From Macrostomum hystrix (lineage: Eukaryota; Animalia; Platyhelminthes): a stretch of 64,000 nt of DNA. The position numbers were made by a program, and so were the translations under genes. The stretch lies in contig CATNEN010000003.1 in the NCBI GenBank assembly GCA_950097015.1, positions 6,944,001-7,008,000 on the forward strand, given 5' to 3'. Of the stretch, positions 24,267-38,500 are shown in pieces. Numbering within the stretch: position 1 is the stretch's first letter; every line of letters begins with the position of its first letter. The notes beneath the pieces are model-generated. The model searched no databases. It saw only the letters and a list, made by a program, of their open reading frames with translations, and had not been told where the DNA came from.

Positions 24267-27200
24267 TCTAACCTACCACTCTAGAATCTACCTTACCACT
24301 AGAATCTAACCTACCACTCTAGAATCTACCTTACCACTAGAATCTAACCTACCACTCTAGAATCTAACCTACCACTCTATAATCTAACCTACCACTCTAG
24401 AATCTAACCTACCACTCTAGAATCTAACCCACCACTCTATAATCTAACCTACCACTCTAGAATCTAACCTACCACTCTATAATCTAACCTACCACTCTAT
24501 AATCTAACCTACCACTCTATAATCTAACCTACCACTCTATAATCTAACCTACCACTCTAGAATCTAACCCACCACTCTATAATCTAACCTACCACTCTAG
24601 AATCTAACCCACCACTCCATAATCTAACCTACCACTCTAGAATCTACCTTACCACTAGAATCTAACCTACCACTCTAGAATCTAACCTACCACTCTAGAA
24701 TCTAACCTACCACTCTAGAATCTAACCTACCACTCTAGAATCTAACCTACCACTCTAGAAGCTAACCTACCACTCTAGAATCTAACCTACCACTCTAGAA
24801 TGTAACCTACCACTCTAGAATCTAACCCACCACTCTAGAATCTAACCTACCACTCTATAATCTAACCTACAACTCTAGAATCGAACCTACCACTCTAGAA
24901 TCTAACCCACCACTCTAGAATCTAACCTACCACTCTAGAATCTAACCTACCACTCTAGAATCTAACCTACCACTCTAGAATCTAACCTACCACTCTAGAA
25001 GCTAACCTACCACTCTAGAATCTAACCTACCACTCTAGAATGTAACCTACCACTCTAGAATCTAACCCACCACTCTAGAATCTAACCTACCACTCTATAA
25101 TCTAACCTACAACTCTAGAATCGAACCTACCACTCTAGAATCTAACCCACCACTCTAGAATCGAACCTACCACTCTAGAATCTAACCCACCACTCTATAA
25201 TCTAACCTACCACTCTAGAATGTAACCTACCACTCTAGAATGTAACCTACCACTCTAGAAGCTAACCTACCACTCTAGAATCTAACCCACCACTCTAGAA
25301 TCTAACCCACCACTCTATAATCTAACCTACCACTCTAGAATGTAACCTACCACTCTAGAATCTAACCTACCACTCTAGAAGCTAACCTACCACTCTAGAA
25401 TCTAACCTACCACTCTAGAATGTAACCTACCACTCTAGAATCTAACCCACCACTCTAGAATCTAACCCACCACTCTATAATCTAACCTACCACTCTAGAA
25501 TGTAACCTACCACTCTAGAATGTAACCTACCACTCTAGAATCTAACCTACCACTCTAGAATCTAACCTACCACTCTAGAATCTAACCTACCACTCTAGAA
25601 TCTAACCTACCACTCTATAATCTAACCTACCACTCTAGAATCTAACCTACCACTCTAGAATCTAACCTACCACTCTAGAATGTAACCTACCACTCTAGAA
25701 TGTAACCTACCACTCTAGAATCTAACCCACCACTCTAGAATCTTACCTACCACTCTAGAATCTTACCTACCACTCTATAATCTAACCTACCACTCTAGAA
25801 TGTAACCTACCACTCTAGAATGTAACCTACCACTCTAGAATCTAACCTACCACTCTAGAATCTAACCTACCACTCTAGAATCTAACCCACCACTCTAGAA
25901 TCTAACCTACCACTCTAGAATCTTACCTACCACTCTATAATCTAACCTACCACTCTAGAATGTAACCTACCACTCTATAATCTAACCTACCACTCTAGAA
26001 TCTAACCTACCACTCTAGAATCTAACCCACCACTCTAGAATCTAACCCACCACTCTAGAATCTAACCCACCACTCTAGAATCTAACCTACCACTCTAGAA
26101 TCTAACCCACCACTCTAGAATCTAACCTACCACTCTAGAATCTAACCTACCACTCTAGAATCTAACCTACCACTCTAGAATCTAACCTACCACTCTAGAA
26201 TCTAACCTACCACTCTATAATCTAACCTACCACTCTAGAATCTAACCTACCACTCTAGAATCTAACCCACCACTCTAGAATCTAACCCACCACTCTAGAA
26301 TCTAACCTACCACTCTAGAATCTAACCCACCACTCTAGAATCTAACCCACCACTCTAGAATCTAACCCACCACTCTAGAATCTAACCCACCACTCTAGAA
26401 TCTAACCCACCACTCTAGAATCTAACCCACCACTCTAGAATCTAACCTACCACTCTAGAATCTAACCTACCACTCTAGAATCTAACCTACCACTCTAGAA
26501 TGTAACCTACCACTCTATAATCTAACCTACCACTCTAGAATCTAACCAACCACTCTAGAATCTAACCTACCACTCTAGAATCTAACCTACCACTCTAGAA
26601 TCTAACCCACCACTCTATAATCTAACCTACCACTCTAGAATCTAACCTACCACTCTAGAATCTAACCTACCACTCTAGAATCTAACCTACCACTCTAGAA
26701 TCTAACCTACCACTCTAGAATCTAACCTACCACTCTAGAATCTAACCTACCACTCTAGAATCTAACCCACCACTCTAGAATCTAACCTACCACTCTAGAA
26801 TCTAACCTACCACTCTAGAATCTAACCTACCACTCTAGAATCTAACCTACCACTCTAGAATCTAACCTACCACTCTAGAATCTAACCTACCACTCTAGAA
26901 TATAACCTACCACTCTAGAATCTAACCTACCACTCTAGAATCTAACCTACCACTCTAGAATCTAACCTACCACTCTAGAATCTAACCTACCACTCTAGAA
27001 TCTAACCTACCACTCTAGAATCTAACCCACCACTCTATAATCTAACCTACCACTCTATAATCTAACCTACCACTCTAGAATCTAACCTACCACTCTAGAA
27101 TCTAACCTACCACTCTAGAATGTAACCTACCACTCTAGAATCTAACCCACCACTCTAGAATCTAACCTACCACTCTAGAATCTAACCCACCACTCTAGAA

Positions 27201-30200
27201 TCTAACCTACCACTCTAGAATCTAACCCACCACTCTATAATCTAACCCACCACTCTAGAATCTAACCTACCACTCTAGAATCTAACCTACCACTCTAGAA
27301 TCTAACCTACCACTCTAGAATCTAACCCACCACTCTAGAATCTAACCTACCACTCTAGAATCTAACCCACCACTCTATAATCTAACCCACCACTCTAGAA
27401 TCTAACCTACCACTCTAGAATCTAACCTACCACTCTAGAATCTAACCTACCACTCTAGAATCTAACCTACCACTCTAGAATCTAACCTACCACTCTAGAA
27501 TCTAACCTACCACTCTAGAATCTAACCCACCACTCTATAATCTAACCCACCACTCTATAATCTAACCCACCACTCTAGAATCTAACCTACCACTCTAGAA
27601 TCTAACCTACCACTCTAGAATCTAACCTACCACTCTAGAATCTAACCCACCACTCTAGAATCTAACCTACCACTCTAGAATCTAACCCACCACTCTAGAA
27701 TCTAACCTACCACTCTAGAATCTAACCCACCACTCTATAATCTAACCCACCACTCTAGAATCTAACCTACCACTCTAGAATCTAACCTACCACTCTAGAA
27801 TCTAACCTACCACTCTAGAATCTAACCAACCACTCTAGAATCTAACCCACCACTCTAGAATCTAACCTACCACTCTAGAATCTAACCTACCACTCTAGAA
27901 TCTAACCTACCACTCTAGAATCTAACCTACCACTCTAGAATGTAACCTACCACTCTAGAATCTAACCTACCACTCTAGAATCTAACCTACCACTCTAGAA
28001 TGTAACCTACCACTCTAGAATCTAACCTACCACTCTAGAATCTAACCTACCACTCTAGAATCTAACCTACCACTCTAGAATCTAACCTACCACTCTAGAA
28101 TGTAACCTACCACTCTAGAATCTAACCTACCACTCTAGAATCTAACCTACCACTCTAGAATGTAACCTACCACTCTAGAATCTAACCTACCACTCTAGAA
28201 TCTAACCTACCACTCTAGAATCTAACCTACCACTCTAGAATCTAACCTACCACTCTAGAATCTAACCCACCACTCTAGAATCTAACCTACCACTCTAGAA
28301 TCTAACCCACCACTCTAGAATCTAACCTACCACTCTAGAATCTAACCCACCACTCTAGAATCTAACCTACCACTCTAGAATCTAACCCACCACTCTAGAA
28401 TCTAACCTACCACTCTAGAATGTAACCTACCACTCTAGAATCTAACCTACCACTCTAGAATCTAACCTACCACTCTAGAATGTAACCTACCACTCTAGAA
28501 TCTAACCTACCACTCTAGAATCTAACCTACCACTCTATAATCTAACCCACCACTCTAGAATCTAACCTACCACTCTAGAATCTAACCTACCACTCTAGAA
28601 TCTAACCTACCACTCTAGAATCTAACCAACCACTCTAGAATCTAACCCACCACTCTAGAATCTAACCTACCACTCTAGAATCTAACCTACCACTCTAGAA
28701 TCTAACCAACCACTCTAGAATCTAACCCACCACTCTAGAATCTAACCTACCACTCTAGAATCTAACCTACCACTCTATAATCTAACCTACCACTCTAGAA
28801 TCTAACCTACCACTCTAGAATCTAACCTACCACTCTAGAATGTAACCTACCACTCTAGAATCTAACCTACCACTCTAGAATCTAACCTACCACTCTAGAA
28901 TCTAACCTACCACTCTAGAATCTAACCTACCACTCTAGAATCTAACCTACCACTCTAGAATCTAACCTACCTCTCTAGAATCTAATCTACCACTCTAGAA
29001 TCTAACCTACCACTCTAGAATCTAACCCACCACTCTAGAATCTAACCTACCACTCTAGAATCTAACCTACCACTCTAGAATGTAACCTACCACTCTAGAA
29101 TCTAACCTACCACTCTAGAATCTAACCTACCACTCTAGAATGTAACCTACCACTCTAGAATGTAACCTACCACTCTAGAATCTAACCTACCACTCTAGAA
29201 TGTAACCTACCACTCTAGAATCTAACCTACCACTCTAGAATGTAACCTACCACTCTAGAATCTAACCTACCACTCTAGAATCTAACCTACCACTCTAGAA
29301 TGTAACCTACCACTCTAGAATGTAACCTACCACTCTAGAATCTAACCTACCACTCTAGAATGTAACCTACCACTCTAGAATCTAACCTACCACTCTAGAA
29401 TCTAACCTACCACTCTAGAATGTAACCTACCACTCTAGAATCTAACCCACCACTCTAGAATCTAACCCACCACTCTATAATCTAACCTACCACTCTAGAA
29501 TGTAACCTACCACTCTAGAATCTAACCTACCACTCTAGAATGTAACCTACCACTCTAGAATCTAACCTACCACTCTAGAATGTAACCTACCACTCTAGAA
29601 TCTAACCTACCACTCTAGAATCTAACCTACCACTCTAGAATGTAACCTACCACTCTAGAATCTAACCTACCACTCTAGAATGTAACCTACCACTCTAGAA
29701 TCTAACCCACCACTCTAGAATCTAACCCACCACTCTATAATCTAACCTACCACTCTAGAATGTAACCTACCACTCTAGAATCTAACCTACCACTCTAGAA
29801 TGTAACCTACCACTCTAGAATCTAACCTACCACTCTAGAATCTAACCTACCACTCTAGAATCTAACCTACCACTCTAGAATCTAACCTACCACTCTAGAA
29901 TCTAACCTACCACTCTAGAATCTAACCCACCACTCTAGAATCTAACCTACCACTCTAGAATCTAACCCACCACTCTAGAATCTAACCTACCACTCTAGAA
30001 TCTAACCTACCACTCTAGAATCTAACCTACCACTCTAGAATCTAACCTACCACTCTAGAATCTAACCTACCACTCTAGAATCTAACCTACCACTCTAGAA
30101 TGTAACCTACCACTCTAGAATGTAACCTACCACTCTAGAATGTAACCTACCACTCTAGAATGTAACCTACCACTCTAGAATCTAACCTACCACTCTAGAA

Positions 30201-33200
30201 TTTAACCTACCACTCTAGAATCTAACCCACCACTCTAGAATCTAACCTACCACTCTAGAATCTAACCTACCACTCTATAATCTAACCTACCACTCTAGAA
30301 TGTAACCTACCACTCTAGAATCTAACCTACCACTCTAGAATGTAACCTACCACTCTAGAATCTAACCTACCACTCTAGAATCTAACCTACCACTCTAGAA
30401 TCTAACCTACCACTCTAGAATCTAACCTACCACTCTAGAATCTAACCTACCACTCTAGAATCTAACCTACCACTCTAGAATCTAACCTACCACTCTAGAA
30501 TGTAACCTACCACTCTAGAATGTAACCTACCACTCTAGAATGTAACCTACCACTCTAGAATGTAACCTACCACTCTAGAATCTAACCTACCACTCTAGAA
30601 TTTAACCTACCACTCTAGAATCTAACCCACCACTCTAGAATCTAACCTACCACTCTAGAATCTAACCTACCACTCTAGAATCTTACCTACCACTCTAGAA
30701 TCTAACCCACCACTCTAGAATCTAACCTACCACTCTAGAATCTAACCTACCACTCTAGAATCTAACCCACCACTCTATAATCTAACCTACCACTCTATAA
30801 TCTAACCTACCACTCTAGAATCTAACCTACCACTCTAGAATCTAACCTACCACTCTAGAATGTAACCTACCACTCTAGAATCTAACCCACCACTCTAGAA
30901 TCTAACCTACCACTCTAGAATCTAACCTACCACTCTATAATCTAACCTACCACTCTATAATCTAACCTACCACTCTAGAATCTAACCTACCACTCTAGAA
31001 TCTAACCTACCACTCTAGAATCTAACCTACCACTCTAGAATCTAACCCACCACTCTATAATCTAACCTACCACTCTATAATCTAACCTACCACTCTAGAA
31101 TCTAACCTACCACTCTAGAATCTAACCTACCACTCTAGAATGTAACCTACCACTCTAGAATCTAACCCACCACTCTAGAATCTAACCTACCACTCTAGAA
31201 TCTAACCTACCACTCTAGAATGTAACCTACCACTCTAGAATCTAACCTACCACTCTAGAATGTAACCTACCACTCTATAATCTAACCTACCACTCTAGAA
31301 TGTAACCTACCACTCTATAATCTAACCTACCACTCTAGAATGTAACCCACCACTCTATAATCTAACCCACCACTCTAGAATCTAACCTACCACTCTAGAA
31401 TCTAACCCACCACTCTAGAAGCTAACCCACCACTCTAGAATCTAACCTACCACTCTAGAATGTAACCCACCACTCTATAATCTAACCTACCACTCTAGAA
31501 TGTAACCTACCACTCTATAATCTAACCTACCACTCTAGAATGTAACCCACCACTCTATAATCTAACCCACCACTCTAGAATCTAACCTACCACTCTAGAA
31601 TCTAACCCACCACTCTAGAAGCTAACCCACCACTCTAGAATCTAACCCACCACTCTAGAATCTAACCTACCACTCTAGAATGTAACCCACCACTCTATAA
31701 TCTAACCCACCACTCTAGAATCTAACCTACCACTCTAGAATCTAACCCACCACTCTAGAAGCTAACCCACCACTCTAGAATCTAACCTACCACTCTAGAA
31801 TCTAACCTACCACTCTAGAATCTAACCCACCACTCTAGAATCTAACCTACCACTCTAGAATCTAACCTACCACTCTAGAATCTAACCTACCACTCTAGAA
31901 TCTAACCTACCACTCTAGAATCTAACCCACCACTCTAGAATCTAACCTACCACTCTAGAATCTAACCTACCACTCTAGAATCTAACCTACCACTCTAGAA
32001 TCTAACCTACCACTCTAGAATCTAACCTACCACTCTAGAATCTAACCCACCACTCTAGAATCTAACCTACCACTCTAGAATCTAACCTACCACTCTAGAA
32101 TGTAACCTACCACTCTAGAATCTAACCTACCACTCTAGAATCTAACCTACCACTCTAGAATCTAACCTACCACTCTAGAATCTAACCTACCACTCTAGAA
32201 TCTAACCTACCACTCTAGAATCTAACCTACCACTCTAGAATCTAACCTACCACTCTAGAATCTAACCTACCACTCTATAATTTAACCTACCACTCTAGAA
32301 TCTAACCTACCACTCTAGAATCTAACCTACCACTCTAGAATCTAACCTACCACTCTAGAATCTAACCCACCACTCTATAATCTAACCTACCACTCTAGAA
32401 GCTAACCTACCACTCTAGAATCTAACCTACCACTCTAGAAGCTAACCTACCACTCTAGAATCTAACCTACCACTCTAGAATCTAACCTACCACTCTAGAA
32501 TCTAACCCACCACTCTAGAATCTAACCCACCACTCTAGAATCTAACCTACCACTCTAGAAGCTAACCTACCACTCTAGAATCTAACCTACCACTCTAGAA
32601 TCTAACCCACCACTCTAGAATCTAACCTACCACTCTATAATCTAACCTACCACTCTATAATCTAACCTACCACTCTAGAATCTAACCTACCACTCTAGAA
32701 TCTAACCTACCAGTCTATAATCTAACCTACCACTCTAGAATCTAACCTTACTACTCTACCAGAGTCTACCCAACCACTGTACCAGAGTCTAACCTACCAC
32801 TCTAGAATCTAACCCACCACTCTAGAATCTAACCCACCACTCTAGAATCTAACCTACCACTCTAGAATCTAACCTACCACTCTATAATCTAACCCACCAC
32901 TCTAGAATCTAACCTACCACTCTAGAATCTAACCTACCACTCTAGAATCTAACCCACCACTCTAGAATCTAACCCACCACTCTAGAATCTAACCTACCAC
33001 TCTATAATCTAACCTACCACTCTAGAATCTAACCCACCACTCTAGAATCTAACCTACCACTCTAGAATCTAACCTACCACTCTAGAATCTAACCTACCAC
33101 TCTAGAATCTAACCTACCACTCTAGAATGTAACCCACCACTCTAGAATCTAACCTACCACTCTAGAATCTAACCTACCACTCTAGAATCTAACCCACCAC

Positions 33201-33900
33201 TCTAGAATCTAACCTACCACTCTATAATCTAACCTACCACTCTAGAATCTAACCTACCACTCTAGAATCTAACCTACCACTCTAGAATCTAACCTACCAC
33301 TCTAGAATGTAACCTACCACTCTAGAATCTAACCCACCACTCTATAATCTAACCTACCACTCTAGAATCTAACCTACCACTCTAGAATCTAACCTACCAC
33401 TCTAGAATCTAACCTACCACTCTAGAATCTAACCTACCACTCTAGAATCTAACCTACCACTCTAGAATCTAACCTACCACTCTAGAATCTAACCTACCAC
33501 TCTAGAATCTAACCTACCACTCTAGAATCTAACCTACCACTCTAGAATGTAACCTACCACTCTAGAATCTAACCTACCACTCTATAATCTAACCTACCAC
33601 TCTAGAATCTAACCTTACTACTCTACCAGAGTCTACCCAACCACTGTACCAGAGTCTAACCTACCACTCTAGAATCTAACCTACCACTCTAGAATCTAAC
33701 CTACCACTCTAGAAGCTAACCTACCACTCTAGACTCTACCAGAGTCTGACCTACAACTCTACCATAGTCTAATCAACCACTCTACCAGAGTCTACCCTAC
33801 CACTCTACCAGAGTCTACCCTACTACTCTACCATAGTCTAATCAACCACTCTACCAGAGTCTACCCTACCACTCTACCAGAGTCTACCCTACTACTCTAC
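24267..33900. repeat. 9.6-kb satellite of 20-bp unit AATCTAACCTACCACTCTAG (about 475 copies, XbaI site in most units)
   Basis: Strict 20-bp periodicity with a few recurrent point variants and degenerate ends. Confidence 0.99.
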
Positions 33901-34052
33901 CGAATCTTTATGTATACCCATCTCTCCGTATCTATCCTGAATTTTCTGAATCTAACCCATCTCTCTGAATCCACCTTATCTCTCTGAATCTATTCAGCAT
34001 AACGTCTGCACTCCCCTACTCTCCCAAAAGAAGAGAGAGACTCTTATCTCAC

Positions 34053-34654
34053 CAGCTGCATCTCTCTATCAGGATTTTGCAGGTCGTTTTCAGCAGGCGT
34101 GTCAGCTACTCGCCCTTTAGTCCTGAATTTTTCTAAGCACTCTCTAACAGCCGGTAGGAAGATTTCAAAATCAGCTTCACCTAGCGCCAGCTCAATATCT
34201 GCGGCTGTCATTGTCTTTCTAGTTGGCAGGGCGGATTTTAATTGCTGCTTGCGAAAGCCCCGACTGCGTGACGATCGATTTTGTCTGAAAAAAAAGCTCA
34301 GCTCTTTTAGTTTTATGAGTCTTGGCATGAGATTTAAATATCACATTTTACACTACTCCTGCTCTTTTTATAAAGGTAACATTATCGCGTCCATAGCAAC
34401 CACGCAAATCAAGACAATTCAACATTTAATTTTTGTATTTTAAAGTTCCAGCCTTACCTAGTAGCTTCAGCCAGCATGCTGTCGTTAGCCGCAGCTGTCA
34501 ATCTTAAAGCAAACGCTACGGCGCAGTCGCCAATCAATTTTTTTGCGTCCTTAGCAACGATGGCCGAGTCGGGTAGGGCGGATTTAATTAGGCGCGCCAG
34601 CACCGCCTGCGGCAGGGCCAACTGCTCAAATGTGACGACGGTGGATTCGGTGGA
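34053..34654 (-). CDS. POLE3: Histone-fold protein POLE3/CHRAC17/DPB4-like; exons 34458-34654 and 34053-34218 (or -34284)
   Basis: Manual translation EQLALPQAVLARLIKSALPDSAIVAKDAKKLIGDCAVAFALRLTAAAN..RKTMTAADIELALGEADFEIFLPAVRECLEKFR aligns with the POLE3 motif LNLPNAVITRIIKEALP..RKTLNASDV. Phase-2 GT-AG intron. No in-frame ATG at the 5' end of exon 1. Confidence 0.82.
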
Positions 34655-34965
34655 CTGAAAGTTAAATTAATTATTTCATCTATCAATAATTAATAAATAA
34701 ATAAAGTATAATAAATAAGAAAGTAAATAAATAAGTAAGCAAGTGCATACAAAAAATACTTTGTAAGAAAGACTTTGAATGTCAATAACTTTTATTTTGT
34801 AAATAAATTCTTACAAAATTATTTCAGATCGAGTGAACATTGTCAATTGAGCGAATAGTTGAGCAACTGCTTAAGCACACACTTCTCAATTAGCAGGTCG
34901 AGCAGATTGCTAAAACTGCTAAGCATTTCTTAAGAATTAATAAGGAATTAAGAGAATCCATCGAG

Positions 34966-35230
34966 ATAATCTACCACGACAAAGAATCTACCACGAGAGA
35001 GTATCTACTACGAGAGGGAATCTACCACGAGAGAGAATCTACCACGACAAAGAATCTACCACGAGAGAATCTACCACGAGAGAATCTACCACGAGAGAGA
35101 ATCTACCACGACAAAGAATCTACCACGAGAGAATCTACCACGAGAGAGAATCTACCACGAGAGAGAATCTACCACGAGAGAGAATCTACCACGAGAGAGA
35201 ATCTACCATGAGAGATAATCTACCACGACT
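34966..35230. repeat. 15-17-bp minisatellite (GAGAGAGAATCTACCAC)
   Basis: Direct tandem copies between IGHMBP2 and POLE3. Confidence 0.9.
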
Positions 35231-35516
35231 GAGAGATTCTGCCGAAGTATCTACTGCAGGTATCTGAAGAAAAACCTGCTGAGAGAATCTGCCGAAGAAT
35301 CTGACGAAGAATATAGCAGTGGAATCTGCCAAATAGTCTACAGAGAGAATCAGACTAAAAATCTACTAAGAATCTACTAATGTATTTACTAATGGAATCT
35401 CCCTTAGAACGTACTATGAGAATCTCCCAAAAAATCGACTCAGAGAATCGACTCAAAGAACATACTGAAACAGCTGCTCAAACAGAAGCATAAAAACTGG
35501 TACAATCAAATCCCAA

Positions 35517-38500
35517 CTATTTCTTCTTCTTCTGCTTCTGCTCCTGCTGATCGGCTGGCCGTCTAGCCTGCTCCAAATCGTCCAGTTTAGTCTCCAGTCT
35601 TCGCTGTAGATGCGCCCTCCTGATGGCCTCCTTATTCGACTTCGGCTGGAAGACAGCGGAGCTGCCGGTAGAGGCGCCTCTTCTAGCCGCGTCTCGAGCA
35701 GCCTGACCGCAGCCGTGAGTCTCCGGCACAAAATGGCTGAAGCAGTAGCGCCTGCGACAATGGCTGCACGCGTGGCCGACAGTTCTGACAGGAGTTGAGC
35801 AGCCAGGCTGACCGCAGGTTGAGTCCATGGCAACAAATTCTGCTAGAAGAGAGTCGAAATCTTCTTCTTTTTCAGTCTGCGGCTTTTCTTTGTCCTTAGC
35901 GGCTCCAGCTTGTCTTGCTTTGGCCTGCTTTGGTAGCTTCTTATTGTTGCTGTCCATTGCCGCTTCTGAAGAGGCTGTGGAAGCAGATGCTTTCGCCTTT
36001 GGGTTGCTGCCGACACCCAGGACAATACCTGGGAATTGGGAGGGCCGGTAGTTAAGCTACATGTATAATGAAGCCTACCTGGCAACAAGCGGACAATTTA
36101 GCAGCGACCATGGCAACCATTAATGAAACCGCAACAAACTATAAAAAGCGTAAATGTAATACAATTAACTTTTGCCTTTTAATACAAGCTTATTACCTCC
36201 AGTCTTGTTTTTGCTTTTCTGACTCCCGGCACCCTGCACAATGTCGTTGACAGCAGCCGTAGCTCCTTCAACAGCTGCTCGCAGTTGACGATTTCTAATC
36301 GCCCGCTCGCAGGCCAATCGGTGAAGGTCGGTGTTGCCAGGGGGCACAGGTTTGCCGCAAACTGGGCAGCTAGGAGCATCCTTAGCAACGGTTGCTGTGT
36401 CCTTAGTAACGTTGGTTGAGTCACTGGCGACGGGTTTTGCTTGGTCAGCAACGCTTTTAGCGTCCTTGGCAACTTTTTTTGAACTTTTAGAAACACTTTC
36501 TACGGCGATAGCAACGGTCGTTGCGCCCTTGGCAACAGTTGTTATCTCCTTAGCAACGGCTGTTGGGTCATTGGCAACAGTTGTTATCTCCTTAGCAACG
36601 GCTGTTGCGTCCTTGGAAACAGTGGTAACATCATTAGTTGCGATGGACGGCTCCTTCGACCCCACAGTAGCGGACACATCAATAGCCGTCGATGTACTTT
36701 TAACGGAATCTATCGCGGATATGTCAATCAATTTTAGGTCTGCGGGCGTCGCAGCTACAGAAGCCGCAGTCTTCTTAGACAAAGAAATCAGCAACACTCT
36801 AGCCCCATCGATTTCATCGTCGTCGATGCTTCGATGCTGCAGTCCCAGAGTTTCGCATTCCTGAATGGCAAGCAAGATAAAAAATTGTTTGTTTTAGGAT
36901 AAACCAAGGGCCATTCCCCGGTGCTCGATTATAATGAAAAAACCAACCTCGTGAAGTCGGGCTCTCTCGTATGGATTCAATCCGACAAAGCGCAATCCAG
37001 GTCCAGCATCTAGGCTGTGAGGGTCGCCGGCGGGAACAAATGTTACACCGAGAGTTTCAGACAGTCCAGTATCAGTTAGAGCGGGTGTTTCTGACTTGGC
37101 GAATAGGCGAACTATTGTTAGCAGTTGCTGAAGTCGCAATTCTTTAGCATCATTTTCTTGTTTCTGCTGCTTTTTATTGCCGCGTTTCTGTTGGCCTTTC
37201 TTTTGCTGCTGCTGCTGCTTGTCAGTCGTAGTGGAAGCTTTAGATGGGATCGCCATGTCTGCGAGAAAACATGAGTAGGGATTTAAATGCACAAGTACAG
37301 GCTTTAGTTGAGGGAATTCTAAATCTAGGATTTTTATGCATAAAAACTCGTGTGTTTATGGATTTAAAAATCATGGGTAAGTTTGGATTTTGGGAAATTT
37401 AAACTGAGACATTTATAAATCACGCTTTGTAATGAGGGCTTCTAAATCTAGTTTTGATTGATAAGGGCTTCTAAATCTAGTTTTGGATTATTAAGGGCTT
37501 CTAAATCTAGTTTTGGAATATTAAGGGCTTCTAAATCTAGTTTTGGAATATTAAGGGCTTCTAAATCTAGTTTTTGATTGATAAGGGCTTCTAAATCTAG
37601 TTTTGATTAATAAAGGCTTCTAAATCTAGTTTTGGATTATTAAGGGCTTCTAAATCTAGTTTTTGATTGATAAGGGCTTCTAAATCTAGTTTTTGATTAT
37701 TAAGGGCTTCTAAATCTAGTTTTTGATTATTAAGGGCTTCTAAATCTAGTTTTGGATTATTAAGGGCTTCTAAATCTTGTTTTTGAATAATAAGGGCTTC
37801 TAAATCTAGCTTTGATTATTAAGGGCTTCTAAATCTAGTTTTGGATTATTAAGGGCTTCTAAATCTAGTTTTGGATTATCAAATGCTTATAAATCTAGGT
37901 TTATGTTAAGGGCTTCTAAATCAACTTTTGCATCAAGGGCTTCTAAATCTAGTTCCATATTGGGGGACCTCTAAACCTAGCATATTCACAAAAAGATGCT
38001 TACCATCCAAAATGTGAGCGAACTCGCTGGCCGACCTAACTTTGGCATTGGCCAGCAGGTAGTCAACAAAGCCGGCTAGTACGGAGTCGCCTCGCCGTAC
38101 AGTGTCGCAGTCGCCAACAATGCACAGGTGCCGCCGAGCCCTAGTCACCGCCACATTCAACCGCCGATGCTCAGCTAAGAAGCCAACAATGCCTTTACGA
38201 TTGGACCTAACCAGCGAGATCACTACGGCTTCCTTTTCGCGTCCCTGGAAACCGTCGACGGAACGAACTTCGACTCGATGCAGTGGCAGATTTCCGGCCG
38301 GCTTGGAAGCTTCCGAACTTGTCCCAGGCCTGTTCTGCTGCTGTTCAATCAGTGCCAAGCGAATGGTTTCCACTTGAAGATTGTAGGGGCTGATGACGGC
38401 TATGTCCGATGGATCCAAACCGCTTTCAACTAGGGCTGCTACATGCTCTGCAATATTATTATGATTTATAAGCACTTTTTATCTTTTCATCTTCTGATTT

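Noticed and set aside
24267-33900. Telomeric or interstitial telomere array
   Set aside because: The unit contains CTAACC but is a 20-mer, not (TTAGGG)n or (TTAGG)n.
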